Origin: a virus
Reading direction: 5' to 3' (one strand)
IMG/VR virus record: IMGVR_UViG_3300037248_000024
Span: 1 to 64,000 of that record
DNA length: 64,000 nt
The position numbers were made by a program, and so were the translations under genes. Every line of letters begins with the position of its first letter. The stretch's first letter is position 1. The notes under the pieces were generated by a model. It did no database searches. It was not told the DNA's origin and was given only the letters and a program-made list of their open reading frames with translations. Shown here piece by piece: positions 45,431-56,693 of this stretch.

Positions 45431-45904
45431 ATGAACCCCCTCCGCACCCTCCCCATCGCCGCCGCCCTTCTGCTGGCGAGTTGCGCGACCCCGGTCAACC
45501 CAACCCTCCTCGCGGACGGCCAACTCGCCGTCGCGACGCTGAGCACGATCGACACCATCGCGGGCAACATCCCAGGCGTCCCGGCGTCCGTGACGGGGCT
45601 GATCGGTGTCGCCCTCACCGGCATCCAGGCCGGGCTGACGGACCTCCAGAGCGGTGCCCAGACGCCCGCGAGCGTGGCTACGTTGATCCAGACCGAAATC
45701 AAGACCGTGGCACAACCCGTGGCGACCGACCTCAAGGCCAACGCGACGATCCAGAACGGGTTGACGCTACTGTCCAATCTGGCGCCGGTCATCGCGGCGG
45801 ATGTGGCTCCGGTGCCTACGGCCTCTGTGACGGCTGCCGTGGCGCCCCATGCCGATCCGCGCGCGGCGCTGGCGGCGTGGAACGCGAAGCCGGGGCCGAG
45901 GTGA
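45431..45904 (+). CDS. Lipoprotein
   Basis: Lipobox LLAS|C; AAAGGA RBS. Confidence 0.65.
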   Translation: MNPLRTLPIAAALLLASCATPVNPTLLADGQLAVATLSTIDTIAGNIPGVPASVTGLIGVALTGIQAGLTDLQSGAQTPASVATLIQTEIKTVAQPVATDLKANATIQNGLTLLSNLAPVIAADVAPVPTASVTAAVAPHADPRAALAAWNAKPGPR

Positions 45905-46215
45905 TGGCCGACCGCGCCTTCCTTGAGCGCCTGACGAAACAGCTTGCCGATGAAGGTAGGCTGATCGAGGCTGGTTGGGTCGCCCTCCGGTTGGAATGCG
46001 TGCCTCTCAATGCGCCAGCGGTCCAACTGGAGGAAATGCGGAACGCGTACATGGCTGGCGCGCAACATCTGTTCGCAAGTATGCTGGGAATGCTCGATCC
46101 GGGCACCGAAGAAACGCCGGATGACATGAGGCGTATGGATTTGATCGCCCGTGAGATGGAAGTTTTCGGTAAAGAACTTGAACTGCGTGTGGCGCGAGCG
46201 AAGGGGAGCGCGTGA
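45904..46215 (+). CDS. Hypothetical phage protein
   Basis: TGATG coupling; APAVQLEEMRNAYMAGA. Confidence 0.55.
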   Translation: MADRAFLERLTKQLADEGRLIEAGWVALRLECVPLNAPAVQLEEMRNAYMAGAQHLFASMLGMLDPGTEETPDDMRRMDLIAREMEVFGKELELRVARAKGSA

Positions 46216-46526
46216 TGAGTGAAACCACAAACGGCGGTTGCTTCTATGCCGAATACAAGCCGACACTTTCGGAACGGTTCTGGCGCGCGATGGGCTTCAA
46301 ACGCGCGTATGTACACGCGCCGAATTTTATGGAGGAAGTCGAGGGGTTCGTTTCCGGCAGCATTACAACCAACGTGATTTGTCACATGGGATGGCTGGAT
46401 CGACTTCGGCTTCTGGTGAGCGGCAAGATGATTGTCGCCTTGGCCACCATGACCAATGTTACCGTTGATCGTGCCGTGACAGTCAGCGAGTGCGGCGTAT
46501 TGCCGCCTGGGGAGCATAAACCGTGA
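46215..46526 (+). CDS. Hypothetical protein
   Basis: Coupled ORF; WLDRLRLLVSG. Confidence 0.5.
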   Translation: MSETTNGGCFYAEYKPTLSERFWRAMGFKRAYVHAPNFMEEVEGFVSGSITTNVICHMGWLDRLRLLVSGKMIVALATMTNVTVDRAVTVSECGVLPPGEHKP

Positions 46527-47053
46527 CCCGCGCGGCGCGGGCGATGGGGAGCGGGAAGGTGAACGATCTTCTCGTCCAATCTAACGCGGACATTTCCGTC
46601 GATGGTAAATATCGCTATCGGCTTGAACGCCGCTGGTCAGATGTGCCTTCGTTGCCATTCGTCATGCTGAACCCCTCGACTGCCGACGCCGAGGTTGACG
46701 ATCCCACGATCCGCCGCTGCGTGGGATTCGCGCGTCGCGAAGGTGCTGGCGGGATCATCGTGGTTAATTTGTTTGGTCTTCGTGCGACTGATCCAAATGA
46801 ATTAAGTTTTGCCGATGATCCATTTGGCCCACAGAACGAGGCCGCGATTCGACGTGTAGCACAGGAAACTGCTCACACTTCCATGCCGATCATCTGCGCA
46901 TGGGGAGCCCACGTATCAAGATGCGCCGACACTCTGGCATTGCGGGACCTGCGTGCATGGGGCACCCTTAAATGTCTCGGTAAAACAAAATATGGCTATC
47001 CACGCCACCCGCTTGACGTAAAGGGCGATCAGCCATTGGAAACTTTCCCATGA
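46523..47053 (+). CDS. DUF1643 family protein
   Basis: YRYRLERRW, FVMLNPSTAD..DDPTIRRC, NLF..RATDP, AWG, PRHPL. Confidence 0.85.
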   Translation: MTRAARAMGSGKVNDLLVQSNADISVDGKYRYRLERRWSDVPSLPFVMLNPSTADAEVDDPTIRRCVGFARREGAGGIIVVNLFGLRATDPNELSFADDPFGPQNEAAIRRVAQETAHTSMPIICAWGAHVSRCADTLALRDLRAWGTLKCLGKTKYGYPRHPLDVKGDQPLETFP

Positions 47054-47144
47054 CAACCCAGATCGCCGTGATCCGCGCCACCAACGCCCTGGCCGACGCC
47101 GACGTGATTTCCATGCTCGGTGCTATAGCCGAAGGTATTTGCGA

Positions 47145-47702
47145 ATGATCATCCCCTACACCAAAATACCCGCCTGGTGCCACCAAGGAAATGAAGCGGA
47201 TTCGTTCGGCCTGTGCGCGTTCGCCGGAATGGGCAATCTCGCCCTGGTCCAGGGACTTCAAAAATTCCCCGATGTCGAGATCGAGTCCGCCGCCCGCGAG
47301 ATCGAGGGGTTCGATCCCTACATCCATGCCACGGACACCGGCATCGCGTTGGAGGTCTTGTTCGGTCGCGTTGCCGCGTTTGGTTGGCCTGGCGATCCTT
47401 CTCGGCTGATCCAATGGGCAAAGACGGACACCGACGGCATCCCCAATGTCATCGCCACGCGCGGCGGTTGCCTGGTGGCGCTACGGCTGCCGATGAACGA
47501 AGCGGGAGACGACTACGACTGGACGGATAATGCCATGGAGCGTGAGGCCAGTGGCGTCTATGGCCATGCGGTTCTCATCGTCGATTGCACCGGAACCGAA
47601 CTGACGGCGATTACCTGGGGCCGGACGCAGACGTTTCCGCGGCGGTGGTTCGAGGCTTATGGGTTTGGGCAGTATGATGTGTTGTGGACGGTTGAGACGT
47701 GA
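47145..47702 (+). CDS. Papain-like cysteine peptidase
   Basis: GLCAFAG (Cys), GHAVLIV (His), ITWG. Confidence 0.55.
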   Translation: MIIPYTKIPAWCHQGNEADSFGLCAFAGMGNLALVQGLQKFPDVEIESAAREIEGFDPYIHATDTGIALEVLFGRVAAFGWPGDPSRLIQWAKTDTDGIPNVIATRGGCLVALRLPMNEAGDDYDWTDNAMEREASGVYGHAVLIVDCTGTELTAITWGRTQTFPRRWFEAYGFGQYDVLWTVET

Positions 47703-47805
47703 AATACTGGATCGCCGCCGTCGTCACCATCATCCTCCTGGTCGTCTTCCGCAACGCCATCCCGACGTTTCTGATCGGTGTCGTTGATTTGTTGGAGTAT
47801 GGGCG

Positions 47806-48471
47806 GTGGTGAGGCCGCTGGCGATTGATTTGTTCTGCGGCGCTGGCGGCGCAGGCATGGGCTTACACCGTGCTGGATTCGACGTGATCGGGGTCGATAT
47901 AAAGCCGCAGCCGAGATATCCGTTTCCGTTCGTGCGGGCGGATGCCTGTGATCCGCCATTGGACCTTTCGCGAGCCGCGTTTGTCTGGGCCAGTCCGCCA
48001 TGTCAGCTTTACAGCGCCGGATCATTACCACAACGCCGAGGCGGGACACTATACCCAGACCTAATTCCGCCGGTCCGAACGATGCTCGCCCGTTTTCACG
48101 GAGGCACCGTCATAGAAAACGTGATGGGGGCTCCCTTGCGGGCCGATGTTGTTCTCGACGGCACGATGTTTCCGGACCTACGGGTTGTGCGGAAGCGGCA
48201 GTTTGAAACGAACTTTCGAGTTCCATTTCGGCTTGGCTTTCGGTCAATCGGGCTCGTCTCTAACCACGGCTGGTCGAGTGTGCATGGCGATGACGCCTCT
48301 TCGCATGTCAGGAAACGTCGTAAGACGCGTGGCCTGCGTCCATCTGATACCAGTGAGCAGCGCCGAATTGACATGGGCATCAGCTGGATGAACCGTAAGG
48401 AACTAAGCGAGTCAATCCCGCCAGCCTACAGCGAGTTCATCGGTCGCGCGTTTCTGGAGCAGCGAGGATAA
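47806..48471 (+). CDS. Short C5 cytosine DNA methyltransferase
   Basis: IDLFCGAGG, ASPPCQ, IENV motifs. Confidence 0.85.
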   Translation: MVRPLAIDLFCGAGGAGMGLHRAGFDVIGVDIKPQPRYPFPFVRADACDPPLDLSRAAFVWASPPCQLYSAGSLPQRRGGTLYPDLIPPVRTMLARFHGGTVIENVMGAPLRADVVLDGTMFPDLRVVRKRQFETNFRVPFRLGFRSIGLVSNHGWSSVHGDDASSHVRKRRKTRGLRPSDTSEQRRIDMGISWMNRKELSESIPPAYSEFIGRAFLEQRG

Positions 48472-49206
48472 CCCAAGCCGCCGCCGCGGATCGGGAGCGC
48501 CCCGGCCATGGTGTGGGGATTATCAACCCGCCAATGCTGTCACGAACGGCGTCACAACCTTTGGCATAGCGGCGGGATCGGCCAGATAAATCGCCTGCCA
48601 GCGCGGATCGTCGCCGTTCCGTTTCTGCCATTGGCCGCCCCAATAGTTAAGGGCGGAGTCACTTTTGAACGGCCCCACGATTTCGTAGCAATCGTCATAC
48701 ACACAGATAATGCAGTTCGCTTTCATCGGTCGTCTCCTGTTGACGACGGGATCGTGAGATGATCGCTCACCTAAATCAAGAACGACTTCGCAACGTACAT
48801 TTCATGGCTGGCGCCAATGTACCGGGCAGCTCTTGCATGGGGCGGAATACTGAGATAGGTTCAATTCAACGGAACGGTGCCAACAAGTCCGCCAGGCGCC
48901 GGAAACTGATCCGCTCAAGAGCCGCTTCGGGAAACCGGGGCGGTCTTTGATTCAGGACTCATTCTCCGCGAAGATTGCGACCCATTCCATATCAACTGAC
49001 CGGTTGGCCTTCATCTTGGAAATCCATTGCCGGAACGTCTCGCCGCGACACTCACTCATGTCTCCATTCGCGCCGCCAAACCAATATTCAACATATTCGC
49101 CGTCCGGGCCGTGTCGAATGCTCAGTATAGTGCGCGCCAGATGCGAGTCGGATTCGCGACTCGGCGTCCAGACATCACATTGCGTGAGGATGTGCATTGT
49201 TCCTCA

Positions 49207-49680
49207 TCACGTCCCCTCCCGCGTGGCGACGGCGGCTCGTAGCGCGATTAAAATAGCGCGAGCCTGCAAAAGTGCCTTGTGATGTTCGATTCGAGCCGGA
49301 CCGTTATCCGGATCGTCCCATCTGGCCAGGGGATGAGAAAAGTTCCAGCCCGCCTGTGCCACACAATTCATTTGCTCCGCGTTGTCCGGGTTGAGAAGTA
49401 TGCTGGCGGCTTCTAATGTCGTGATACGAGTTTCCGACGCGGCGAGCGCGGCGCAGAGGCGATCCCTCTCCGCCTCAATCTCTCGATAATCATCCTCCAC
49501 GCGTTGGCATTGCAGGATGCGTTCTTTGTGGAAACTTTTCAGTTCGGCGTATTGGGCGCGGAGTCGGTCGAGTTCATCGCGAAGCATCGCCTCGGTCGGA
49601 ACGCCTGTCACGCCAGCGACAAAACGGTCCGAACTCTCTTCCGCGAGCCTGATTACGGCGGCTTTCTGTTCTTCGTTCAT
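49207..49680 (-). CDS. Coiled-coil hypothetical protein
   Basis: GAAGGA RBS, MNEEQKAAV; coupled to neighbour. Confidence 0.5.
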   Translation of the reverse strand: MNEEQKAAVIRLAEESSDRFVAGVTGVPTEAMLRDELDRLRAQYAELKSFHKERILQCQRVEDDYREIEAERDRLCAALAASETRITTLEAASILLNPDNAEQMNCVAQAGWNFSHPLARWDDPDNGPARIEHHKALLQARAILIALRAAVATREGT

Positions 49681-50120
49681 GTCCGTTCCTTCAACGCGGC
49701 GATGGCCGAACGCGCCTCGTCTATCTTCGCCAGACAATCCATCGCCTCACCAATGATGCCGCCTTCGCTATCGTCCACGGATTTAATATCGCCGCCAAGC
49801 GTATGACTATCAACACGCACCTTCAATTCTTCGGTGACGAACTCGTGCGTAAATTTAAGCGCCCGCGCCACGACATCCACACTCGCCTCGTCGAGGGTGA
49901 CGGCGGCACGGCGGTTCCAGAACTCCGCAGCACTTTCAGCGGTTGGGCGATTCGCACCGTCGGCATGGCATGACTGGCACTCAACGCGCCAATATCCGGA
50001 CTGCGAAAGTCTCGGTTTGCCAGCACAAAACGGACAGTCTTTTATACCAAGCGCCTCACAGCGTTCACGATTAAGGCGAGCGAAGGGATGTTCGGGCGGC
50101 ACGAGCACGGGGTCAGTCAT
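49677..50120 (-). CDS. Lar-family restriction alleviation protein
   Basis: CPFCAG..VECQSC..AAEFWNRRA. Confidence 0.7.
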   Translation of the reverse strand: MTDPVLVPPEHPFARLNRERCEALGIKDCPFCAGKPRLSQSGYWRVECQSCHADGANRPTAESAAEFWNRRAAVTLDEASVDVVARALKFTHEFVTEELKVRVDSHTLGGDIKSVDDSEGGIIGEAMDCLAKIDEARSAIAALKERT

Positions 50121-50735
50121 GGGTGGGACCTTTCATGTGGTGCGTCGCGATGCATATATCCGGCGGACTGAGTACCCATCCATAGACGACGGCGATCTTT
50201 GTTTCCCTGTGGTGGCGATCCTCAATTTGTTCGTCGGTCCAGCCAAGTGTCTTGAGTGCTTTACAAGCCGCAGCGTAATGGTTTTCATCGGCGGAGATGC
50301 TGTCGATTATCGCTTTTTGCATCTTGTAAAACTCGTCCGGCGTCACCCTGATTTCATCGTCAATGAGATAGGCCATTGCCCGATCCCTCCGTCTCCGCGT
50401 GATTGTTGTCTGTCATGGGTGGGGTCATCTCTCCGTCCCTTTTCCACTATACGCGTGATCGATATGCGTGAACTCCAATCCGAGAGGGCCGTATTCGCTC
50501 GCGACCGTGACACCGACAATCATACTAATCGGCCCAAATATCGCCATAAAGAACGCTTCTCCCTGATCTGGCCCCTTCCACACAGCACACCAATCATGAT
50601 CTATTCCTCCCGTGACGGTGTTGCGTGACCACATCAGGCACGAATCGTTGTTTCGTTTCGTGAACAAGCCGTAGTCGATGACCCCGCAGACAATCCAGAA
50701 CAGCGCGACCATGACAGCAACCGGGAGCCATGTTC

Positions 50736-52220
50736 TCATCCCTCCGTCTCCGGCCGTCCGGCGTGGGGGCAGTCGATGCGTGTGCAGTGACCATAGTGTT
50801 TGCACGCTAATTGATATTTGCAATCCCCCGGCGGCCACGCGGGTTCCGGTGCCGGGGCGAAGGCGGCAGCCTTACGCTTCAGTGCCTCCCAAGCAAAACG
50901 GTCGTCAATCTCTTCGACCTTTATGCAATTCCCGTCTTTTGTCATAGCAACAAAAAGGAAGCGTACTTTGTTGATATGATAATGGTTCATTCCGACGATA
51001 GACCAGTCTTTAAGTTCCGGATAGTTCCACGGAGCCGTCCACTCCGGCGCCTTCGCCCCCGCGTCCACCACGTTGCCCAACATAACATCCAGCGCGGAAT
51101 GCGCGGAGATGTGTCCCGCGTCGACGGCATCAAGATCGCGCAAATGATTCGTCGTCCACAAATCCCTCTCCTCCCGCGTGAGATCGTGTGGCGCCAAAGC
51201 GTGCATGATATCGAACCGTTCGGGTGATTTATATTTCGCGGCGGCGACTCTGAGCGCGTCGTTTGGTTCTGGTGGATTTTCCAGTGCGGCGATGAAAGCC
51301 GCGCTGTCGCGTGGGCTGAGTGTCCAGTTGGTTCCGGTGACACGGGCGGTGTCGGCGGTCGAACCGAGGTCAGCATGTGGTTGAGCAAACATAGGATCGG
51401 GGTTGCGCGGTTCATTCCCCGTCAAGGAGGTCTTGGTGTAATGACACTCTCCATCCCGCAGGCAATTCGCACGCTGATCACAACCGTCCTGAACACCGCA
51501 GCGAGACCAATCTACCGGCAGTTGTTGCTGTACGTGCGCTTTGGTCGAACCGAGGTCGCCGGCGAGGGGGTCGTCACCGGGCGTATATCTGGAAGAAATA
51601 CAACCATCGTAGCCATAGGTCCAACCTTCGCCAGGAATCGCATCTGGACCGCTCATTCTGAGCCATTGGTCGGGAGTGATTGGTTTCATGCCAGGAATTA
51701 CCAACGCGTCGAATAAAGCCTGTGTAAATCGAGGGGGCTTCGTGCACTCAAGATAAGCCGCCGCCGCCTTGTGCGTACTTTGCTGTAAATCGTCATTGAT
51801 CGCACTCGGCCAAAAGTCCACGCATTCTTGCAGCAGCTTTCTCAGTCGTGCAATTTCGATCAGGTATAGAGGTGGTTCATAGTTTCGTCCGCGCGCACGG
51901 TCGGCGGCGGCGAGGGCTGTTTCTACGGCCGCATGGGGAATGTCAAAATTAGAGACATGGAAACGGTTTCTTCGCAACCAGATGTAAAGTTCTGACCGCG
52001 CCGCCTCAACCGCGTCGCCCGGCACGGCGGACGTGGCGGGTTCGCGGCCGCGCATGGCGGCTTCACACCGGAGCCAACCGCAAATAAAATTACGCGCGGC
52101 GATAGAATTATCGTCCGCCCCTGGATTGAACAGTCGCCAAGCGGCCAACGCTTTCATTTCTCGCGCGTCACTTGAGCTCGGCGTCATTCGTCCGGTCATG
52201 TCCTGGGGTCCTTGTGTCAT
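50736..52220 (-). CDS. Mosaic hypothetical protein containing a DUF1778 (TacA/AtaR) C-terminal-like segment
   Basis: TLSPRDSAAFIAALENPPEPNDALRVAAAKY at about 51230-51340; two Cys clusters. Confidence 0.55.
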   Translation of the reverse strand: MTQGPQDMTGRMTPSSSDAREMKALAAWRLFNPGADDNSIAARNFICGWLRCEAAMRGREPATSAVPGDAVEAARSELYIWLRRNRFHVSNFDIPHAAVETALAAADRARGRNYEPPLYLIEIARLRKLLQECVDFWPSAINDDLQQSTHKAAAAYLECTKPPRFTQALFDALVIPGMKPITPDQWLRMSGPDAIPGEGWTYGYDGCISSRYTPGDDPLAGDLGSTKAHVQQQLPVDWSRCGVQDGCDQRANCLRDGECHYTKTSLTGNEPRNPDPMFAQPHADLGSTADTARVTGTNWTLSPRDSAAFIAALENPPEPNDALRVAAAKYKSPERFDIMHALAPHDLTREERDLWTTNHLRDLDAVDAGHISAHSALDVMLGNVVDAGAKAPEWTAPWNYPELKDWSIVGMNHYHINKVRFLFVAMTKDGNCIKVEEIDDRFAWEALKRKAAAFAPAPEPAWPPGDCKYQLACKHYGHCTRIDCPHAGRPETEG

Positions 52221-53179
52221 GCGGGCATCGCTTTGTGTTCGCGGCCGTCAAGTAGGGAGCCGGCGAGTTTCTTGCCGAAGTTCTGCATTGGGCTATCGAG
52301 ACACTTCGGAACCGCCAGTATCGCGGAATCATTGCGGCCACGATCATAGGGTGCCCAACTTCCCCACTGCTTAAAAAAGTACGGCACACCGTTCGCCGCG
52401 CACCAGTCCCGAGTTGCCCGGTGCCAATCAGGATGTGATGGCCGCGCGCCCGGGCCGCTCTCCCCGCCCGATACCATCCATTTGATGAACTCCCAGCCGG
52501 GCCAGTTGATAGAGCCAAGCGCTGGTTCATAGCTGACCCAGGTGTTCCAGCCCATGCGTGCGAGGGCTTCCAGGTGCGGACGGCGTTCGTCGGCTTCTTG
52601 CTGGCGCTCGGCGCTGGCGCCGATCCAGACGTTCGGCATCCCACCATGAAAGCGATCGATGGTCTCTTCGCGAAAAGGAATTGCTTTGAGAGGGTAAGTC
52701 GTTTTCACGCCGCCGCTCGTGCGGCTCTGAAACTCCAACATAATCGCCTGGGCCATCCCGCCGATGTTGCCCATCATCGTCTTTCGGCTCCGCAGGTAGG
52801 CAAGTAGCCGCTCGGGGCGCTTGGTTAAAATCTGATAGCGATGCCAATGGGCTAGCGTAATGGCGGCGAATATGCGATCCAGCATCTCGTCCGTCACGCC
52901 TTCGTGCCCGATGTCCCCGTGCGCGGCCACGAAAATGTCTCGTGGCTCTTTCCATCGCAGTGGCTGATCGAGCCATTGTTCATTGAACCGAACTTCGCCG
53001 GTCCAGATATGGTTGCCGTTGACCTCTCGGGTCAGCCCGGCGCGGGACGAATGGTTGCGTAACCGTGTTCCAGCAAGACGCATCGCATAGCAGTTCGTGC
53101 AGCCGGGTGATTTGATCGAGCAACCGGTCACGATCTGCCAAGTCGCATCCGTCCATTCGATATGCGTGCCGTCACCCAT
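52217..53179 (-). CDS. DUF5131 / phage Gp37-Gp68 radical-SAM-like protein
   Basis: IEWTDATW..GCSIKSPGCTNCYA, YQILTKRP, SYEPALG, GGESGPGARP, FFKQWG. Confidence 0.9.
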   Translation of the reverse strand: MGDGTHIEWTDATWQIVTGCSIKSPGCTNCYAMRLAGTRLRNHSSRAGLTREVNGNHIWTGEVRFNEQWLDQPLRWKEPRDIFVAAHGDIGHEGVTDEMLDRIFAAITLAHWHRYQILTKRPERLLAYLRSRKTMMGNIGGMAQAIMLEFQSRTSGGVKTTYPLKAIPFREETIDRFHGGMPNVWIGASAERQQEADERRPHLEALARMGWNTWVSYEPALGSINWPGWEFIKWMVSGGESGPGARPSHPDWHRATRDWCAANGVPYFFKQWGSWAPYDRGRNDSAILAVPKCLDSPMQNFGKKLAGSLLDGREHKAMPA

Positions 53180-54053
53180 CGTTCTGTCCTTGTGTTGGCT
53201 TACTCATCGCGGGGGTCTGGGGTGACGCTCGGACGCTGCGTCACATGCACGACGTGCCGGTATCCCCAGGCGTCGTAATAGGCTGACTCCCCGCGACAGA
53301 TCACGACCTGTCTGCGGGCGACCGGGGCGTGCCATTCGGGGTGGTCAAGGAAATCGAGTGCGATATGCAGCGCTTCGGCTTCGGTGCCGGGTGGACATTC
53401 GAGAACGATCTTGCGGTGTTCTTTGTCCATCATCCGCCCTCCAACGCACGACGCGCGGCTTGTTCGAGGGCGGCGCGGGCTTCTGTGTCCGTTTCATATC
53501 TTCCGACAAGTTCACGTTCACCAAAAGTCAGAAAAACCGCCCATGGTTCAGTTGGATTCAGGATTGGCGCGCGACACAAATAACCAAGGCCAACCCGACC
53601 AACAAAAAGATTGTCGATAGTGCCATCTTTGTTGGCCGCGCCCCACGCCAGCCGCGTGTTGATCGTGGTCATATCCTGTCTCCATTCAACGCGATCCGCG
53701 CCTCGGCTTCCGTGATTTGCTTCGCGTCCCGCAACGTCGCGCATAATGGTAGGTCTCGCGTATCGCCATTGCCGCTAAGTACGAGATGACCGCCCCATTT
53801 TGTGCGATGATTGACCCAGCCGATATAGATGCGGCCGGCATAGAGATCGTGGGTTAACGTTCTCCGGTCCAGTTTCCAGGTGAGGGTCACGTTCGGGATC
53901 GTGGTCATTGAGCGTGCCCCGACAAGAATTGTCCAGCCACCGCGCATGCCGCCGACAGGAAGATCAACGCCGTTGGAAATATCCCCAGACCATAGCGATT
54001 CAGCGCCGCAGCCGCGTTGATTCCGGCAACCAGGCTAAGGATGTATAAGCCGT

Positions 54054-54488
54054 TCATACCGTCACCTTTCGGATCGCGGCGAGGGCGGTGCGGGCCGCGA
54101 TAATTTCTGGAAATGCGTCTTTGGCTATTAAACCATCGACAAGACGTAACAACTTACCCAAAGCCTCCCCGGCCAGCTTCAACGCGGCGTCACGGGGGTC
54201 GGTGGCGGGCGGTTGAGCGAGAAGCGCGCGAATATCAGCGGCATACTGTTCGTGCCACTGCGCGGCCTGCTCGCGTCCGCCGAACATCGTTATGCTGGGA
54301 CGTTCCCGGTTTACGTCCGGTCCGGTTCGTAGTCTCGCGGCCTGGTCTTCGTGGTATTTTATCGCCATCCCGATCGTCTCCGCGTCGTGGGCCTCGATCG
54401 CCGCGACCCATAATCTTAAATCATCAGCGGTGTCCGCGATGTAAAGAGTTTCGGCGAGGGCGCGGGCATGGGAGGGTGGGGTTGTCAT
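54054..54488 (-). CDS. Hypothetical protein
   Basis: Coupled ORF in the minus-strand operon. Confidence 0.45.
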   Translation of the reverse strand: MTTPPSHARALAETLYIADTADDLRLWVAAIEAHDAETIGMAIKYHEDQAARLRTGPDVNRERPSITMFGGREQAAQWHEQYAADIRALLAQPPATDPRDAALKLAGEALGKLLRLVDGLIAKDAFPEIIAARTALAAIRKVTV

Positions 54489-54928
54489 TCCGCTTCGATC
54501 CTCAACATGTCGGTTGCCTCAATCCGTTGCAGAACCGTCTCGCCCGTCGATAGCAATATCTGGCCTAAGAATGCACCTTCGAACGACATCATACCGACCT
54601 CAATGGCAGTCACCTGTCCCTTGATCCAGTCTCGCAAAATTGAATAGACGGAGAGTTGCGCCTGCTGTAGCGCGCGGCGTTCGTAGTCAACGCGGGTGCC
54701 GCGAGTCCGCGAAGTCATGGGATGATGTTTCAGCCATGCAGCGGCGTAACCCTTGAAGCTGGCGCGGATCGTCACGTTGCGGGTTCGATATGTGAACTGG
54801 ACGATGACCTCTCCTTTGTCGAACTCTTCCATGACGCCGAAGGATGCCGCGCCGAAGCCTCTCAAAAGTTTCTGCATGTCGGCCACGGCGTTCTTACCAC
54901 TGGTCGCATTTTCGTATGGAAGCGCCAT
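54485..54928 (-). CDS. Conserved phage protein
   Basis: GGAGGAGG RBS; MALPYENATSG..SILRDWIKGQVTAIE. Confidence 0.65.
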   Translation of the reverse strand: MALPYENATSGKNAVADMQKLLRGFGAASFGVMEEFDKGEVIVQFTYRTRNVTIRASFKGYAAAWLKHHPMTSRTRGTRVDYERRALQQAQLSVYSILRDWIKGQVTAIEVGMMSFEGAFLGQILLSTGETVLQRIEATDMLRIEAE

Positions 54929-55939
54929 CACCCTCCTCCCAACCCAACCACGAACGCCCGGACGGCCGCACACAGCAATGCCGCGCACACCGCCAGTCCG
55001 ATCGCCTTCTGGATCAGTCCACGGCGTCTGGCGGCGCGGCAGGTCTGGCAATGGCAGCGCGCCGGGATTTGGAAGGGGAAGGCGCGCGGGGTCATGGCCG
55101 TTGCCTGGGACGAAGATGGATGCCGCGGCGTTCGAGGGCGTCGCAGATAGCTTCTCCAGCGGCGTGAGTCACACCCAAGAAGATGCCCCCGGCTGCTACC
55201 AGGATGGCCATCCCAAGCGTTCCAAATAGCATGCATCCGAATACGCCTCTCGCATTATCCGGCGCGTCCGTGGCAACCACGAACCAATGCCCAAGATAAT
55301 AGGCGCCATAGAAAAAGGGGACCAAGAGAACCGCAACAACGCCAGCCCCCATCACGCTTTCCGTGATCTCGCGGCGCGGTTCGCGGAGGATGTTCGACAG
55401 TGACATTGGCTGTTCCTTTGCGGTTATCAGGTGTCGGCGCGAAGGGTCATGTCTCATCCTTCCATTCACCGAGTTCGCGGAGGGCGGCTTCGGCGCGGTC
55501 GCAGGCGGCGCGGTGGGTCGTTACCGTTTCCTGATTGAGATGACTCGCAGGCACATTCATGGTTGCCGCCACCTGCGTCTTTAGTTGCTGGAAACCAATC
55601 TCCCTTATGCGGTCAGATGCCTCTTTGCCGACCCTGATATAGGACCGGGTGCCGGGCACCTTACTACTTCCATATCGCCGATCATATTTTGTCTTGTCGC
55701 TCAAAATGATTAGATGCGTTGTCACTTGACGAACCGTCTCCTGGTGCGGCGAAAAGCCAAACAAGAACAGCGTCACAGTATCCCCCTTGGCCACCTCTGC
55801 CAACGTCTGCGGCTCTACCCGATCTGTCATCTGACTATCCCTTTCATTCAGCCAATCACCGCCCAACACACCACCATCCCGGCGCAGGCGATGGCGAGCG
55901 AAACGGTAACGGCGTGCATCAGGCGGGGGAGGAAGTCGG

Positions 55940-56239
55940 TCACGCGGCGCCGCCGAGATGTTTAGCGCGGTAATGATCGAAGAACGCTTCACACTTCATC
56001 GTCGCCTGGAATTTCTTTTTGCAGCCAAGGACGACGCAGGGAAAGAATGTCTCTGACCGCGAGCGTCTAGTTCTACGCGGAACTTCTGTTTGCGGCTCAT
56101 CGTCAGGTTGGCAAGCCGAACAGTACATCGGATATCCCGGCCCATCCGCGCCAGGAAATCCATCTGCTGTGTCGTGTAGAAATTCACCGCAGCCTTGGCA
56201 CATCGTTCCATCCAGCATCATGTCCGCGATTTCGCCCAT
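55940..56239 (-). CDS. Zn-finger phage protein
   Basis: MGEIADMMLDGTMCQGCG..CSAC..C2H2-like C-terminus; GGAGG RBS. Confidence 0.6.
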   Translation of the reverse strand: MGEIADMMLDGTMCQGCGEFLHDTADGFPGADGPGYPMYCSACQPDDEPQTEVPRRTRRSRSETFFPCVVLGCKKKFQATMKCEAFFDHYRAKHLGGAA

Positions 56240-56693
56240 CTCATCCTCCCCAAATCAAAGTCAGCACCACCATCAACAAATCGAACGCCAGCACCGCGAT
56301 AATCAATGGCCACGCGCGACCGAAGGCGGCGCGGAGGGCGATGGGGTGGATCACGACGCCCTCGGATCATTACATTCGCCTGACGGATTACAAGAACGGC
56401 AATGCGGGCAGATATAGCCGTGGGCTACGAGCCGATCCCCCTTGCATCGCGTGGTTTTGGGACCAAAAGCTCTGCATAACCGGAGCATGTCCTGCTCATC
56501 AGGATCGAGTGCGTCAACCGGAGGCGATACTGGCTTGTCCCGTGGCACCGGAGCGGCCCAAGGTTTCCAGAACATGGCGCCTCCCTGAGTTTCCAGAAGC
56601 GCTATCCAGGTCGTTCCATCATCGGCAAGGGCCAGCGTGTCATCGCCAGCCGCCACCAGTTGGATTATCTTGCGTGTCATTGCGTCCTCCCCA

